64,000 nucleotides of DNA from Lama guanicoe. Lineage: Eukaryota. Position 1 is the first letter of the stretch; each line of letters starts with the position of its first letter. This document shows, in pieces, positions 11,231 through 25,194 of the stretch. Where the stretch lies: the NCBI GenBank assembly GCA_013239625.1, contig MU056050.1, positions 2,776,084-2,840,083 on the forward strand, given 5' to 3'. The position numbers were made by a program, and so were the translations under genes. The notes below the pieces were generated by a model. The model did not search any database. It worked only from the letters and a program-made list of their open reading frames with translations, and was not told the DNA's origin.

Positions 11231-13689
11231 ACATGTAATCTTGATAACTTTTCTCTTTCACGACACATTTCTTAGAGGGAACGACGAGGATGTGTGGGTG
11301 TAGAGGGACATGAAAAAGTGTGTCTGTGAAGAGAAAAACATGGGTTGAAGGGACTTTGAAATTAAATGTGTTTTCAGTGATCTCACATTCCATGCTGGGA
11401 GCTTAGGTGGCTCTTTCAGCTTTTTATGGGGGAAAAAAAGGCTTTGGAGTACATCCTTTCCATTAGTGTTAGACCAAGTTATTTTATATAAGTAAGAACA
11501 AGAAAGGCAAATGGAGGCTTTCTGCTTTGAGCATGTTATTATAGTTTTTCCCTTGTGATGCCATCTGCCTTCCCAGCAGATTCAGGAGTTAGAGGGAGAG
11601 GTGAGATAGAATTTTAGCTACACAGAATCACAAAACAAATGCATATTTGATCCACGGCTGCCTCTCAGACTTCCTTTTTGTTCTTCCCAAGTAGTATTGA
11701 AAAGTATTGACTTCATATCAGATCCAGAAAAAGCTGGAGGAAGCTGTGCACTGACTTGACAAAAAAAAATTACCTGATGAAAATATAATTCCTTCTATGT
11801 AAGAAGATCCAAAATTGAATCTAGATAAACATCTTTTGCTGTTTGATTTGAACATTCCATTATTTGGTAAATAGTGTGAGCTCTGTTATTCCAGCCATGC
11901 ATGTCTGTTAGGAGTGAAGATCCAGTGATTGGTTTTGTCTTTAATTCTGAGGAAGAGGGCTCAGAGGTTTCTGGCACGTTTCCTGCAGCAAAGCACTGGC
12001 TCCTTTTGAGAGGAGGATCAGTTCTATGGGCTGGTCAACCTGGGGTGCTCCACCTCGCTGCAGACTGCCTGCCCTGGTCTAGAGGAGACTTCGGTTGGCT
12101 GCAAAATGTGACCACCAGAGAGACAGATGCTCAAAGAAATTAGGCCCTGGGCAAAGAACCTTGTGTTCAAGCAAACAACAGGCATTGTGAGCATAGAAGA
12201 AGGCTAAGCAAATTTCTGACAGGGTTTCTTGTCCCCGAGAGATGAGAAGTCCCTCTGTTTCCAACACGTTTGTGGTGTCAGAAGGCCTTAACTGTTGAGA
12301 GGCAGAGCCTGGAAGGAAGAGGGCCAGACCTTCCAGCCCTTCTCCAGTTCCAGGAAAATAAATAAGAATGATTGATTTTTCAGGAAGGGAGCCATGTACA
12401 AAAGAGGGCTCCTGGACTCCAGAAGAAGGCAAAGGAAGGCGGGAGGAAACAGATGTTTGAATAATAGCAAAGGGACCCAGGAGGTTGTTAGGCTGTGTCA
12501 ATGAGGTAATGCTCAATTCAAATGACTCTTAACTAGAGATGTGTGGGCTATCCCTTGCCCTGGGAATAAAGGCTGTTCCCATGCAGGTGCACGTTCCTGA
12601 GTCCCAGACAGCAAGTCAGAAATGAACTTGTGTGTTCTCCAATCTGTGTATGTCATTTTGGCCCCGTCTAGGCCTTAATGCCTGGATGCTGATTACTCTG
12701 GGGACAGAGAGTGAAAAAGCTTTGCAGTATGATTCAGGAAGAGCCAGTGAACTAAGGTTGGGGAGGGCTGGAGACAGACCTCGAGCAGCATGTTTCTGGC
12801 TCTCCCAGTCTTGTGCTTTCTTGTCCTGCTTTCCTTGGACTGAAGTCCTCCCTTGATAAGACCCAGAATTTTTCTTATCTGTGGATTTCTCCTAAAATTC
12901 CTCAAAGGTGCACAGACCCACCCTAAGGGCACAGATTCTCCCTAAGGGCTGGACTGCACAGTTTGTTCCATCCCAACTTGATGTTGAGAACTGGCAGATG
13001 ACATGGAACAAAATAAAACCTAGTAGAAAACCTATCATTTCCTTGCCTTAAACCTTCTGGTGGCTTTCTCTTGCCCATTTCTACAGCTTCATCTTCCACT
13101 TAGGCTCTTGTCTCCCTGGCTTTCTATCAGCCTCTAGGACACTCCAGGCTTTATCTCACTGCCAGGATTTGGCACTAGCTCTTTTCTCTGCTTAGACAGT
13201 TCTTCCCTAAGATCCTTGATGGCTGGCTCCTACTCATTCTTCAGTTCTTAGTGCCTAGCACATACTTGGCACCAAGGAAACACTGGATAGGAGCAGACTG
13301 TAGTGGGGCTACTGTGTTTATTTTGGCCAGGTGATAGGAAGGGACTGCAGAGAGTTGATGGAGAGGCCGAGTTTGGGGGTGAGGATGAGGATAAAGATGC
13401 GGATGGGAGGGGGTCTGTAGACAGAAGGAGCAAATGTATAGTGAGCAGGGGTGGGGCAGTGGGTGACCCTTGGGTTTAATCTATCATCCGAGGGGTGGAG
13501 CTGAGGCACATGGCTGGTCTCTAGTACTGGGAATTCACTGATAGGTGCTGCCATAACCTGAACCAAGGAGGAAAACACCTGGTCAGACTCATTTATTGAC
13601 ATAATCTAAGAAAGCCAAATAGCAGCCCCTGGGAATGCTAGGGAGAATTTCATTTACATTTTTAATTAAGGGGCTGATTATTGACTAAT

Positions 13690-14270
13690 CATCTTTTCCT
13701 GGCTGATCTCCATCTTTGGGAGAACTTTTTCCAAACTCCTTCCCACTTATGGCTAGAATGTGTCCCTCCTCTGCACTCACAGCACCATGTACTTCTTTCC
13801 ATCAAGACACTTATGTCGGTGTACTGTACTTGGCAGGTATGAGTCTGTCTTTCCCATTTGGTTGTGAGCTTGGTGAGGAAAGGGTCCATATCACTAGCAG
13901 GTGCCTGGCAAATGATAGGGATCTGCTGTTGAATGAATGAAACATTCTCTGACCTTCAGTATAGTTACCCCTATAGTGTATGTGTATATATATGTCTTAC
14001 CATATTCACTCACTCACTCATTCGTTCAACAAACTTTTTTTCTTTTTTAAAGCAATGACTCTATCAAGCCTTCTGCTTGGCGCTGAGGATACAAAACCAG
14101 ATAGTGGAGGAGACAGACAGGCTAAAAGCTTATTGCAGTGCAATGTGGCAAGTGCTAACAGAGGGAAAGTAAAAGGTGTGCAGATAGGGGACTGAAGAGC
14201 ATTCCAGGCAGAGGAAACAGCATCTGCAAAGACCTAGAAGAAAGAATATGGAACAACTGAAAAAAAATGG
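13690..14270. mobile_element. Two L2 3' fragments in opposite orientation
   Basis: Plus-strand copy ends tgttgaatgaatgaa (~13940); minus-strand copy begins cattcactcactcactcattcgttcaaca (~14004). Confidence 0.7.
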
Positions 14271-14479
14271 AGCAGATAGTAAGCGTATTGTCTCTAGATC
14301 TGCTGCCACCAGAACTTGTGACTTCGGAAACTGTCTTTTGGATGTGTCATCACCCTGGGCAAGTGAGACAAGTCCTCTGACCACTAGGCCCACAGATCAC
14401 GTCCTCAAAGAGTTCAGAGACTAAATGCATCTGCCTCTTTTCCCGTCCACACCACCAAAAACAAAACAACTTACCATAA

Positions 14480-15570
14480 AGTGAAAAGACAAGCATTTAT
14501 ATGGAGTATATTGAGAACTCCTATGAATCAAGAAGAAAAAGGCAATCAATCCAATAGAAAAATGGGCAAGCAAAACGGAATTCATAGAGTTGAAAATGGC
14601 CAATAAATTGGTGATGAAGGAAATTAAAATTAACCACAATGAGATGTCATTTCATACCCATCAGACTGAAAAAAGTTGAAAGTCTAACAGTACCAAATGC
14701 TGGCTAGAATACAGAGCAAAGAGAATTCTCATTCACTGCTGTTGAGTAGGAGCATAAATTGGTTTTGCACACTTGAGAGAGGAATTTGACAATATCTAGT
14801 AAACTTGACAGCATGCACACAACCTAAATAAACTTTGTACGTATGGACAAGGACCATTCATTTTAGCATTGTTACTAATGGTGAAAAGCTGGAAACAACC
14901 TAAATGTCCATTAATAGAAGCATGGATAGATAAAATAAGTTATATTCATATGTAGACTTCTAAATAGGATATGAAAGGAATGATCTAGACCTATTTGCAA
15001 CAAAATGTTGTGTGAAAAAAGCTAGTTACAGTATATGTACATTTAAAAACACACAAGAAGTTGCTCAGTTATTCATGGATGATGTAAAGTGTATTTAAAG
15101 TATAGAAAATGTTCTGGAGTAATGTACACCAAATTTATGATGGTGATTGCCTCTGAAGAGGGGAAAGGATAATGAGATTGGGAATGTGGGTCTAAGATGA
15201 GCTGAATTTACCTGTAAAGGCTTTCTTTCTTTTATATATATATGAGTGCTGATAAATGTTTAACTGGCTCTCCAGGAATGAAAAAAAAAACCTCATTTAT
15301 AGTGTTTATGGATTTCCATGGTATAATACTGCCATTATGGCCAATTTCAACATACCAAAGACTTAGCAATCAGCTCTCAAAAACCTGAATATTTAACAGC
15401 TCTTGAGAATCAATATGAACAGGCTGCAGTGCAACATTGTGTGTGTGTGTGTGTGTGAAAACTTAAAGCATTGATGATAATTTTAACAATCCTCAGTTCT
15501 GTATAATGAAAATATATGTATTTTTATATTATCCTCTGAAGTTTTATGTGTATTTTAAATTTCTTGGAAA
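14480..15570 (+). mobile_element. Ancient L1 (L1ME-type) 3' region
   Basis: Degenerate ORF2 C-terminus and 3'UTR: caatccaatagaaaaatgggcaa, ctggaaacaacctaaatgtcca. Confidence 0.75.
15245..15440 (-). mobile_element. MER63-like hAT-Blackjack MITE
   Basis: gtgctgataaa...ctggctctcc...gatttccatggtataat...atggccaatttcaa...cctgaatatttaaca. Confidence 0.65.
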
Positions 15571-16329
15571 AAAAATACAATTCTTTAAGAATCAGAGTGG
15601 GTAGAAATACCTGACAGTGTAAGTTATAATTGGAAGTGGAGTAAGCAGGACTTTGTCCTAGATGGCCTTCTGTATACTTTCCATTTAAATAACTTGATAA
15701 TTGAATATACTGAATAGACACATAATTAAGTCAAGAATCTTCTCTGCTGGTGACATGGTTTTATGAAACAGGAGGAGTCTTCAGAAATAGCAAACTTTTA
15801 CAATCAAATAAAAAAAATACTTGTAAGAAAAACTGAACAGAGTGGCGTAAACAATTCCCAAGTATCTCTCATGGGCCTGACACTTTGTTGACGTGCTGTC
15901 AGAATATGTCTCATTCCATGGATGCACCATAAAAACAATTGCTAGATCGTTTGGACAATATATTTTTTTAACAAGTTTCAATATCTTAGAGAAGTGATGA
16001 TATATTATCCTACTGGATATATGCTGTTACTGCTTTGTGTTACCGCAACTGAAAGAGGCTCAACTATTAGACATAATGTAAGGAATAGAGCAGTTAAATG
16101 TAATAAATTGTAGGTGCCTCAGTTCCCCACTCACCTGCTATTTAGTGAGTGCCTAGAATGAATGTAGTTCCTATGGCTTTAAAACAGTTGTAAGCTAATC
16201 AGGCGTGCACTCCACTGAAGCATACACAATGAGGAAGCTATTCTTTCCTTAGTGATTGAATCTTTCCTTTGATTTCTGGAGATCAAAATGGGAAACCAGG
16301 AATCTGAAAAGAAATGCCTCAAAAGGCCT

Positions 16330-16690
16330 TTCTCTCTTTTATCAACCATTTATAAAATAATTTATTTTAGAAATTATATTCAGAAATAATCCTATAAATA
16401 ATCTACATATCTACATTAGAGAATATATTTATACTTATAAAATTAATATTTTATAAACAAATTCTGTTTATAATATTATAAATCATATTTATAAAATTAC
16501 AACTTTATTTATAAAATAAATTAGGAATAAATGTAGATTTATAAAATATACATTTTGAAAATAATGTATCTGTAGATTTATAATATTTATATGAATTTTC
16601 TATATTTTCTAAGTAAATTTGTAATTTACAAATAATACTGGAATAAAATGAATATTAATAAAGGACATTGTGCTATATTAATAATGGAAT
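16330..16690. repeat. AT-rich low-complexity tract
   Basis: Almost entirely A/T with recurring ttataaaat words. Confidence 0.7.
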
Positions 16691-17444
16691 TAGATATGAA
16701 GAGAATTATTACTTGCTATGATAATTGCATGTAATAAAAAGTCCTGCTATATTAAACATATGTGTAAAATTAAACACTATAAGAGGCACCACACATAGGT
16801 TATATGTTCTTGACTATTTCTAGCTTATACAGCATACTTTTTAGACAGATGATCTTTCTGTAGAAACAGGTTGATTATAAGCAAAGACTTACTCAAATTC
16901 CTGATCAACTGAGACTCAGCACAAGCCACAGAAGAAGCTGAATTTTCTTGTCTTTAATACAGCCTGTGCTTTCTAATCTTCAAATTGGATACAGCAGTGG
17001 GAATTGCTTCTAGTACATTAATTAGGACTGTACCACTTACTTTCCATGTGATGTTTTCTTTATTAAAAATACTTTATTTCTCAATATAAAAGTTATATTT
17101 GTTTACTGTAAGAAACAGGAAGGTATAAAAGAAATAAGAGGGAACTTTCAGTTTTTACAGTAATTTTCACTTTTTGCATTTTACACTTCTGTCCTTGAAT
17201 TTATTACTTTGAGTATTACTTTTGTAATTAAAATCAGTAAAAGAAAACATATATATTTTTTATTCTTTCACCAGGTGATAAATAATGACCCAAAGATGAG
17301 TTAGACTTAGTAACAAAATAAGATAAACAAAAATTGTTTCATTGGTTAAAAAAAACCCCCAAAAATCTGCAATCTCAATACCCAGGGACTATCATTCTTA
17401 ACTTTATGATATATATTTCTTCTAACCTTTTAGCCTGTAACCAT

Positions 17445-17543
17445 CCTCATTAATGTCTGTTGTCCTGGAATAATTATTAACAATGCCCTATTTAACTCTC
17501 AAAAATATCCTGGTTTGGAGGATAAATTATATGGTCATCCTAT
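17445..17543 (-). mobile_element. MER94-like hAT-Blackjack MITE
   Basis: Ends tggtttggaggataaattatatggtcatccta. Confidence 0.7.
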
Positions 17544-18125
17544 TTTAAACATAAATATCTGTCCACTTACCTAATCATTTCCTTAAGATGCATTCTTGTA
17601 AAAGAAATTTCTGGGTCAAAGAACAGAAACATTTTTTAAGGTTCTTGATATATAGTGACATGTTGTTTTTCAGAAATTATACCATATTCTACTTGAACCA
17701 GTAGTGCATGAGATAGATCATCTCATAAAACTCTTGTCAGCACTGAATATTACCTTTTTCTTCTTTTTCTATTTTAACATTTGCCAATTTGATAGGAGAA
17801 AACAGATATTACTAACTTATCAGTAGTTCTTTGATTATTGATAAGCTTGAATAATAGTGATCATTTGTATATCTTATTTTGTGGCTTGTCTATGTCCTTT
17901 GCTCATTAAGAGTCCTTTGTACATCCTTTGCCTACCATATTTCTTGAAATTTTTTCCTGTTTACTTTATAATGACATTACAGGCTCCATCTATAAATTAA
18001 CTATATATAAATACTTTCCTTTGTTATTTTTTCATTGCTTTTATGCTGGGAAAGTCCTTTATTATCCTGAGACCAGATTGCTATTCCAATTCATATGTAT
18101 AATCTGTCTTAAATATTCTTCCAGC

Positions 18126-19804
18126 AGAATCAGTATTGTTAAAGTGGCCATACTACCCAAAGCAATCTATAGATTTAATGCAATCCCTATCAAAATACTC
18201 ATGACATTTTTCACAGAACTAGAACAAATAATCCTAAAATTCATATGGAACCACAAAAGACCCAGAATTACCAAAGCAATCCTGAGGAAAAAGAACAAAG
18301 CTGGAGGCATAATAACTTCCTAACTTCAGACAATTCTACAAAGCTACAATACTCAAAACAGCATGATAATGGCACAAAAACAGACATATCTATCAAAGGA
18401 ACAGAATAGACAGCAAAGAAATAAACCTGCACACCTATGGTCAATTAATCTATTACAAAGGAGGCAAGAATATACAATGGAGAAAAGACAGTCTCTTCAG
18501 TAAGTGGTGTTGGGAAAGCTGGACAGCCTTATGTAGAACAATGAGATTAGAACATTCCTTCACACCATATTCAAAAATAAACTCAAAATGGTTTAAAGAC
18601 CTAAATATAAGACACGATGCCATAAAATTCCTACAAGAGAATATGAGCAAAACATTCTCAGACGTAAATCATAGCAATATTTTCTTAGATCAGTCTCCCA
18701 AGGCAAAAGAAATAAAAGCAAAAATAAATGGGACCTAATTAAACTTAAAAGCCTTTGCACGGCAAAAGAAACTATCAACAAAACAAAAAGACAACTTACA
18801 CAATGGGAGAAAATATTTGCAAACAACACAACTGACAAGGGGTTAATAACCAAGATATATAAATAGCTCATACAACTTAACTTCAAAAAACAAACAACCC
18901 AGTCAAAAATGAGCAGAAGATCTAACTATTTCTCCAAACAAGACATACAGATGGCCAACAGGCACATGAAAAGATGCTCAACATAACTAATTATTAGAGA
19001 AATGCAAATCAAAACCACAATGAGTTATCACCTCACACCTGTCAGAATGACTATCATCAAAGAGTCTACAAATAACAAATGTTGGAGAGAATGTGGAGAA
19101 AAGGGAATCCTCCTACACTGTTGATGGGAATGTAAATTGGTGCAGCCACCATGGAAAACAGTATGAAGGTTCCTTAAAAAACTAAAAATACAACTACCAT
19201 ATGATCCAGAAATCCCACTCCTTGGGCATATATCTGGAAAAGATGAAAACTCTAATTTGAAAAGATACATGCACCTCAATGTTCATAGCAGCACTGTTTA
19301 CAATAGCCAGGACATGGAAACAACCCAAGTGCCCATCGACAGACAATTGGTTTAAGAAGATGTGGTATATTTATATACAATGAAATACTACTTAGCCATA
19401 AAATAGTGAAATATTATCATTTGCAGCAATATAAGTGGACCTAGAGAATATTAGACTAAGTGAAGCAAGTCAAATAGAGAAAGACAAATATATGTGGAAT
19501 CTAAAAAATAATGCAAATGAATCTATAAACAAAACAGAAACAAACTCACACAGAGAACAAACTTATGGTTACCAAAGGGGAAAGGGAGGTGGAGGAGGGA
19601 TAAATTAGGACTATGGGTTTAACAAACTACTATATATAAAATAGATAAGCAACAGGATTTACTGTATATCACAGGAAACTATGGTTAGTATCTTGTAATA
19701 ACCTATAATGAAAAATAATCTGAAAAAAATATAACTGAATCACTTTGCTGTACACCTGAAACTAACACAATATTGTAAATCAACTATACTTCAATAAAAA
19801 CATA
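18126..19804 (+). mobile_element. 5'-truncated L1 (ORF2 3' part and 3'UTR) inserted in an older antisense L1
   Basis: ORF2 peptide [26 protein letters not shown] aaatattcttccagc (18111-18125) / aaatattcttctagc (19805-19819). Confidence 0.92.
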
Positions 19805-19849
19805 AAATATTCTTCTAGCTTTTAAAGTTTTTTTTTTAAAAGAACTCTT

Positions 19850-20900
19850 GAATACATATGGAATTCATTTTGGTATAAAATTTGAAGAAATGTTCTCACT
19901 TTATTTTGTTTTTCCAATACTTAAATAATTTTTTCTTATCAACTTGATTGAAACTGCCTTACAGCTCTAACTTAGAGAAGAATCGACAACTTTATGATAT
20001 CAGCCTTATGCTTATTACCCAGGCACTTTGTTTCTCCTTTTATTCCAGTCTTTTTTTTTTTATCTTGCAGTTTATTCGTGTAATTTTCTTCAAAGAGGTC
20101 TTGCATACTTCTGAGTGAGATTATTTCTAGTTATTTCATATAGTATAGGGTGAATGGGATCTTTCCCCCATGATATTTTCTCATTGGTTATTGCTATTAT
20201 ATGGGAAGGATATTGAATTTGTATATTTATTTGGTATACAGCTACTTATTCTCTTAGGTTATCAGTTGCTTGATTCTATTGGTATTTCTAGGAAGATACA
20301 CATATAATTTGTAAGAATTATAATTGTGTATCTTTTCTAATAGTTGTTTCTAATTCACTTTTTGTGTTTTACTAATAGCAATTTTAGAAAATGTATATAC
20401 TGCTGATTGTAGGGGGAATTCTTGCTTTGTCCCTGACTTAAAGCAAATGCTTCTAGTGTTCCACCCTTAAATAAGATATTGGCATTTGGATTAAGGAACA
20501 TTTTTACCTTAATAAAGAAACATTCTTTTATTTCAAGTTTATCAAGAGATCTTCTTCATTCTGTTTTTCAAAATTGAATTTAATCAAATGTACTATTGCC
20601 AATTGAGTTTATAAACACAGTATTTTCTTCCTTTGTACCACAATGTGATGAGTAGTATGGAAAGTTTCATTGCATTCATTATATTCCTGAAATAAACCAC
20701 ATGTAGCAACATAGTATTCTTTTTACATGCTGTTGGATTCATCTGCTTGTATTTTATATGGGATTTTTGCACGTATACTTTATAACTAAAATTGGTCTTA
20801 TGTTTGTGTGTGTGTGTATGTGTGCAGTTTGCAATAAGGATTATGATTACTTTGGAAAATAAATGGGAAAGTTTCCATTTTTATCCTTGTTTTTTTTAAA
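19850..20900 (-). mobile_element. Ancient antisense L1 ORF2 remnant (continuation of ~17560-18110)
   Basis: T-rich degenerate text parallel to the antisense L1 at 52617-54100, e.g. acatgctgttggattc. Confidence 0.65.
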
Positions 20901-21804
20901 TTTTATAACTATAATTTTGATTTCTTCTTTTTCTTTTCTTGTTACCCTTTTGCTTTGCATTTCTGTTTTATTCCACCCTCTAAGTGACTGTTACCTAGCA
21001 TCATTTCACTTGACTGTGAGCTCTAGGCTGGTGGGGACAGGGGTCTATATTTGCTCTCTGTTCAATCTCTAACTCCTTGGAACAGAGATGTAAGAGGATG
21101 GATGTAGAAATGATCTATTCTATAACTCAGGGAACTTTGGTGATAGGCTTTCGATATTAGAATTGGTTATTTCTTTATGTTCCATCATCCTTCTATCACT
21201 TGCTTCTCTTACTTATTAACGACTCCTTTCCTCCTTCATCTCTTGTAATTTTGCCTCCAATCCCAGTATCTATGAAACTGTTCAGGTCTACTCTCTCCAG
21301 TAACCTTTTATCTGGCCGGATGACCTTTTCTCAGTTCTCATTTCCCCTGCTTTCTCTATAATAACTGATACTGTTGATATCTTTAAATTCTCTTGACTCT
21401 TGGCTTCTGGCACTGTGCACTCTGCCTTCTTGCTCTCCCATCTCCAAACACTCCTGTCTAATGACAGACAATAGAGATGGAATGAAACTGGTATGCTATA
21501 AGACAATGTCCAGTGGTGGGAGCTATGGAGAATGGAGACTATATGCTTTGTATAACAGGGCAGGTGTACCAGCAAATTACTGTCATGTAAAATGTGGTCC
21601 CAATATTGTAAGATTTCAAGATTTTTCAGGAGAAGCTGGACTTCTAAAAAATACTTTAATGGCAATTTCCAAATGTTGGCAATTAATTCAGTTTAAAAAA
21701 CTGAATCCAACAAAATACATCTGTGGGCTGCCTGTTTGTGATCTCTGGGCTAGAAAGTTTCCAGATTCATAATTACAATGCTGTTTTTCCTATAGGGATT
21801 TTTA

Positions 21805-22410
21805 ATAATCAGCTTAATTGAGGTATAATTTACATAAAATTAAATGCATACAGTTTAAATGTGTAGGTCAATGAGGTGGTTTTTGTTGTTATTTTTAACA
21901 AATGTATACACCTGTGTAACGACTACCCCAAATCAAGATGACTAACATTTCCTTGAGACTTTCTAGTAAATCCTTCCTGACCCACAGCCTGCTGTTCTGA
22001 TTTACACTACCATAATTTAGCTTATCTGTTATAGAACTTGATTTAAATGTAATCAAACAATATGTACTCCTCTATGTCTAGCTTCTTTCACTCAGCATAT
22101 TTTTTTAAGCTTTAGTTTTATTTGTTTGTTTATTGTTGTTGTTGTTTGGGGGAGGTAATTAGGTTTATTTACTTATTTTTTGTTTTTAATGGAGGTACTG
22201 GGGATTGACTCCAGGACCTCTTGCATGTAAGCAGGCACTCTATCAGTTGAGCTATACCCTCCCCCTACTCAGCATATTTTTGAGATTCATTCATGTTCTT
22301 GTGCATATCAATAGTTCATTTTTTTTATTGACATGCAGTATTTCATTTTATAAATATACTGCAATTTGTCCATCCAGTTTACTGTTGATGGATATTTTGG
22401 GGTTGTTACC
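21805..22410 (-). mobile_element. Old L1 3' end hosting a SINE
   Basis: aattgaggtataatttacata...gcttctttcactcagcatattttt...gagattcattcatgtt. Confidence 0.8.
22105..22266 (-). mobile_element. tRNA-derived SINE (Vic-1-like)
   Basis: Same family as 2416-2547; perfect TSD actcagcatattttt at 22090-22104 and 22267-22281. Confidence 0.9.
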
Positions 22411-23064
22411 GATAGAAATTTTAAGTAAAAGTAGAGTTAAAAAATATAGCTATAAATATTTAGTTTATAAAACGTAGACATCACTGAGCAAATCTAGCTT
22501 GTGATTACAGTTAGCTTTTGTTCAAGAGTAAGTTGTCTTTCTGTTCCACTCACTGCCATTTTCTTTAGCTTGAACTCCTTCCACATCCTTATTACCTTTA
22601 TCATTCATCATCCATTGTTACCATCAACAACCCACCAGAGTACACTGAATAGAGAAACAACCCCTCCCCATTTGATGTACTAGTTCCCTATGGCAGTGCT
22701 TACTACCTGGTTATAACCTTTATAGGCCTATATGATGCAAATCATATATATTCTAATTAATTAATTGTGTTTGGAAACCTGACTAGAAGGAGAAATGCCT
22801 ATATGCCATTCTTGAATATTGGGGCTAGAAATCTTGTTTGATATATAAACAGAAGGACAGTGAGTAAATTTATTATTGCTCTTATGTTAGCTAGCCTTGA
22901 GTAATTAGCCATAAGACCTCTGTGAATCTAAACCTCAAGACAAAACTGAAAATATACAAAATATCAAGATATTTGATATACATTCATGAATTCACCATTC
23001 AACAAACATTTAATTTTATTTGTTCTGATTTAAAATAAATAAATAACACATTAAACTAAATAAA

Positions 23065-23260
23065 CTCAAAAGATTAAAAATAGAACTACTGTATAATCCA
23101 GCAATTCCACTCCTGGGTAATTACCCAAAGAAAATGAAAACACTAATTCGAAAAGACACATACATCCCTATATTCATAGTAGCATTACTTACAATAGCCA
23201 AGATATGGAAGCAATCTAAGTGCCCATCGATAGACAAAAGGATAAAGAAGATGTGCTACA

Positions 23261-23310
<50 letters not shown>

Positions 23311-23710
23311 CACAATGGAACATTACTCAGCCATTAAAAAAAAGAAATCCTGCCATTTGCAACAACATGGGTGGACCTAGACAAGTGAAATAAGTTAGAC
23401 AGAGAAAGACAGATACTGCTGGATTTCATTTGTACGTGGAATCTAAAAAACAAAACAAATGAACAAATGTAACTAAACAGAAACAGCATCAGAGACACAG
23501 AGAACAAACAGGTGTTTGCCAGAGGGTAGAAGGGTGGTGGCATGAAAGAAACAGGTGAGGGAGATTAAGAGGTAAAAACTTTCAGTTACAAAACAAATGA
23601 GTCACAGGTATGAAATGTACAGTGTGGGTAATTTAGTCAATAATTATGTAATATCTTTGTATGGTGACAGATAATAACTAGACTTATCCTGGTGATCACT
23701 TTGAAAGATA
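23065..23710 (+). mobile_element. L1 3' end with (CA)n at ~23264-23313
   Basis: Peptide KTLIRKDTYIPIFIVALLTIAKIWKQSKCPS followed by L1 3'UTR. Confidence 0.88.
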
Positions 23711-23719
23711 TAGTTGAAG

Positions 23720-24190
23720 CACCTCCTGTACCTTTCCAGGGTCCCATTTTCCTCAATCCTTCCCTCCCCAGGGATGACCACCATCTTGAACTTAATATTT
23801 AACGTTTCCATGCACATGTATATACTTTCAGTGTACACATATCCATAAATGATATTTAGTATTTTTTTAAACTATATAAGTGGCATCATCTTTTATTTAC
23901 TAGCTTGCAACTTGCTTTTTGCTCAATGTCATGTTTGTGAAATTTTCCATGTTGATACATGTAGCTCTAGTGCATTCATGTTGACTACTCTATAGTATTC
24001 AACTGAATGAATACATCACAATTTATTCATCCATTCTCCTATTGATAGTCATTTAGGTGACTCCTAAATTTTGTTATTATAAGAAATACAGCAATGAACA
24101 TCCTTATTCTAGTCTCCTTATGTGCATGTGCAAGAGATTCTCTAAAGTGTTTACCTACAAGTGGAATTACTAGGTTGTAGGTTGTGCTCT
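23720..24190 (-). mobile_element. Ancient L1ME-type 3' fragment
   Basis: acaatttattcatccattctcctattgat...cagcaatgaacatcctt...agtggaattactagg. Confidence 0.75.
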
Positions 24191-24448
24191 CTCCCCCTTC
24201 TCCTCATCAAATGATTTAGTAGCTTGTTAACAATTATTTAACTTATGTTTCTCTCAGACTTAGAGTGTCTTGTATTAGAATTTTGACTAAGTCAATATAA
24301 CAGAGATATAAAATACCCTGGTCAAACAAAATAGAAGTATTTTTCTCATGTAGTAATCTAGAGCCCAGTTCAGAGAGGCGGCTTTGTGCCGTGAGGTGTT
24401 CCAGAACCCCCAGGTTCCTCTGTCATAATGCTCTGACATTCCCTGAGG

Positions 24449-24790
24449 CAGGGAGCTACAAACTATAGTCCTAAGCCAAATCCTGTCCACCACTTGTTTT
24501 TGGTTTTTGTTCTTTTTTATGGCCATGAGCTAAGAATGGTCTTTATATTCTTACATGATTAGGGGGGAAAAAAGGAAAACTGTTTTGTGACTATTATATG
24601 AAATTCAAATCTCGGTGTCCATAAATAAAATTTCATTGGAACACAGCCATACCCATTTGTTTCTATCTTGTCCAAGGCTTCTTTTGAGCTACAATGACAG
24701 AGCTGAGTAGTTGGAACAGAGGCTCTATTGGCTGCAAAGACTGAAATATTTATTTTTTGGTCCTTTATAGAAAAAGTTTGCTGACCTTTA
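24449..24790 (+). mobile_element. MER58 (hAT-Charlie) inside an MLT1-type LTR remnant (~24280-24940)
   Basis: attggaacacagcca...agagctgagtagttg...cctttatagaaaaagtttgctgacc. Confidence 0.8.
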
Positions 24791-25194
24791 CTGTAAGTTG
24801 CTACATGTCTACATGGTTCAAGCTGGATAATGACCATGGCTTCTTCACTCCAGCCATGGAAAGAAGGAATAAGAGGTGGAGGACAGTTTCTTTGTCAAAG
24901 GATACAGTCTGCTGATATCTCATTGGCCAGAACTTGGCTATCTTTTTGTTCTATTGTTCTAATTTCTGCAGCTTTATTTTTGAGCTTTATTTTCATTTTA
25001 ATTATTTTTTTAATTTCTATTATCCAGTTTTTAATTTCTAAGAGCCTTTCTTTTTGTTCTCCAAATGTCCCATTTTTATAGAGCCCTGGTTTGTTTTGTG
25101 GGTACAGTCTCCTTTCTTATTTCTATCAAGATATTAATTATATTTTTTAAAGTTTCCATCAGTCTGTTTCCTCAAAATTGTTTTTTCAAAAATA

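Noticed and set aside
12079..12516. 145-aa minus-strand ORF in unique sequence
   Set aside because: Non-ATG start, no recognisable motif and no supporting gene structure
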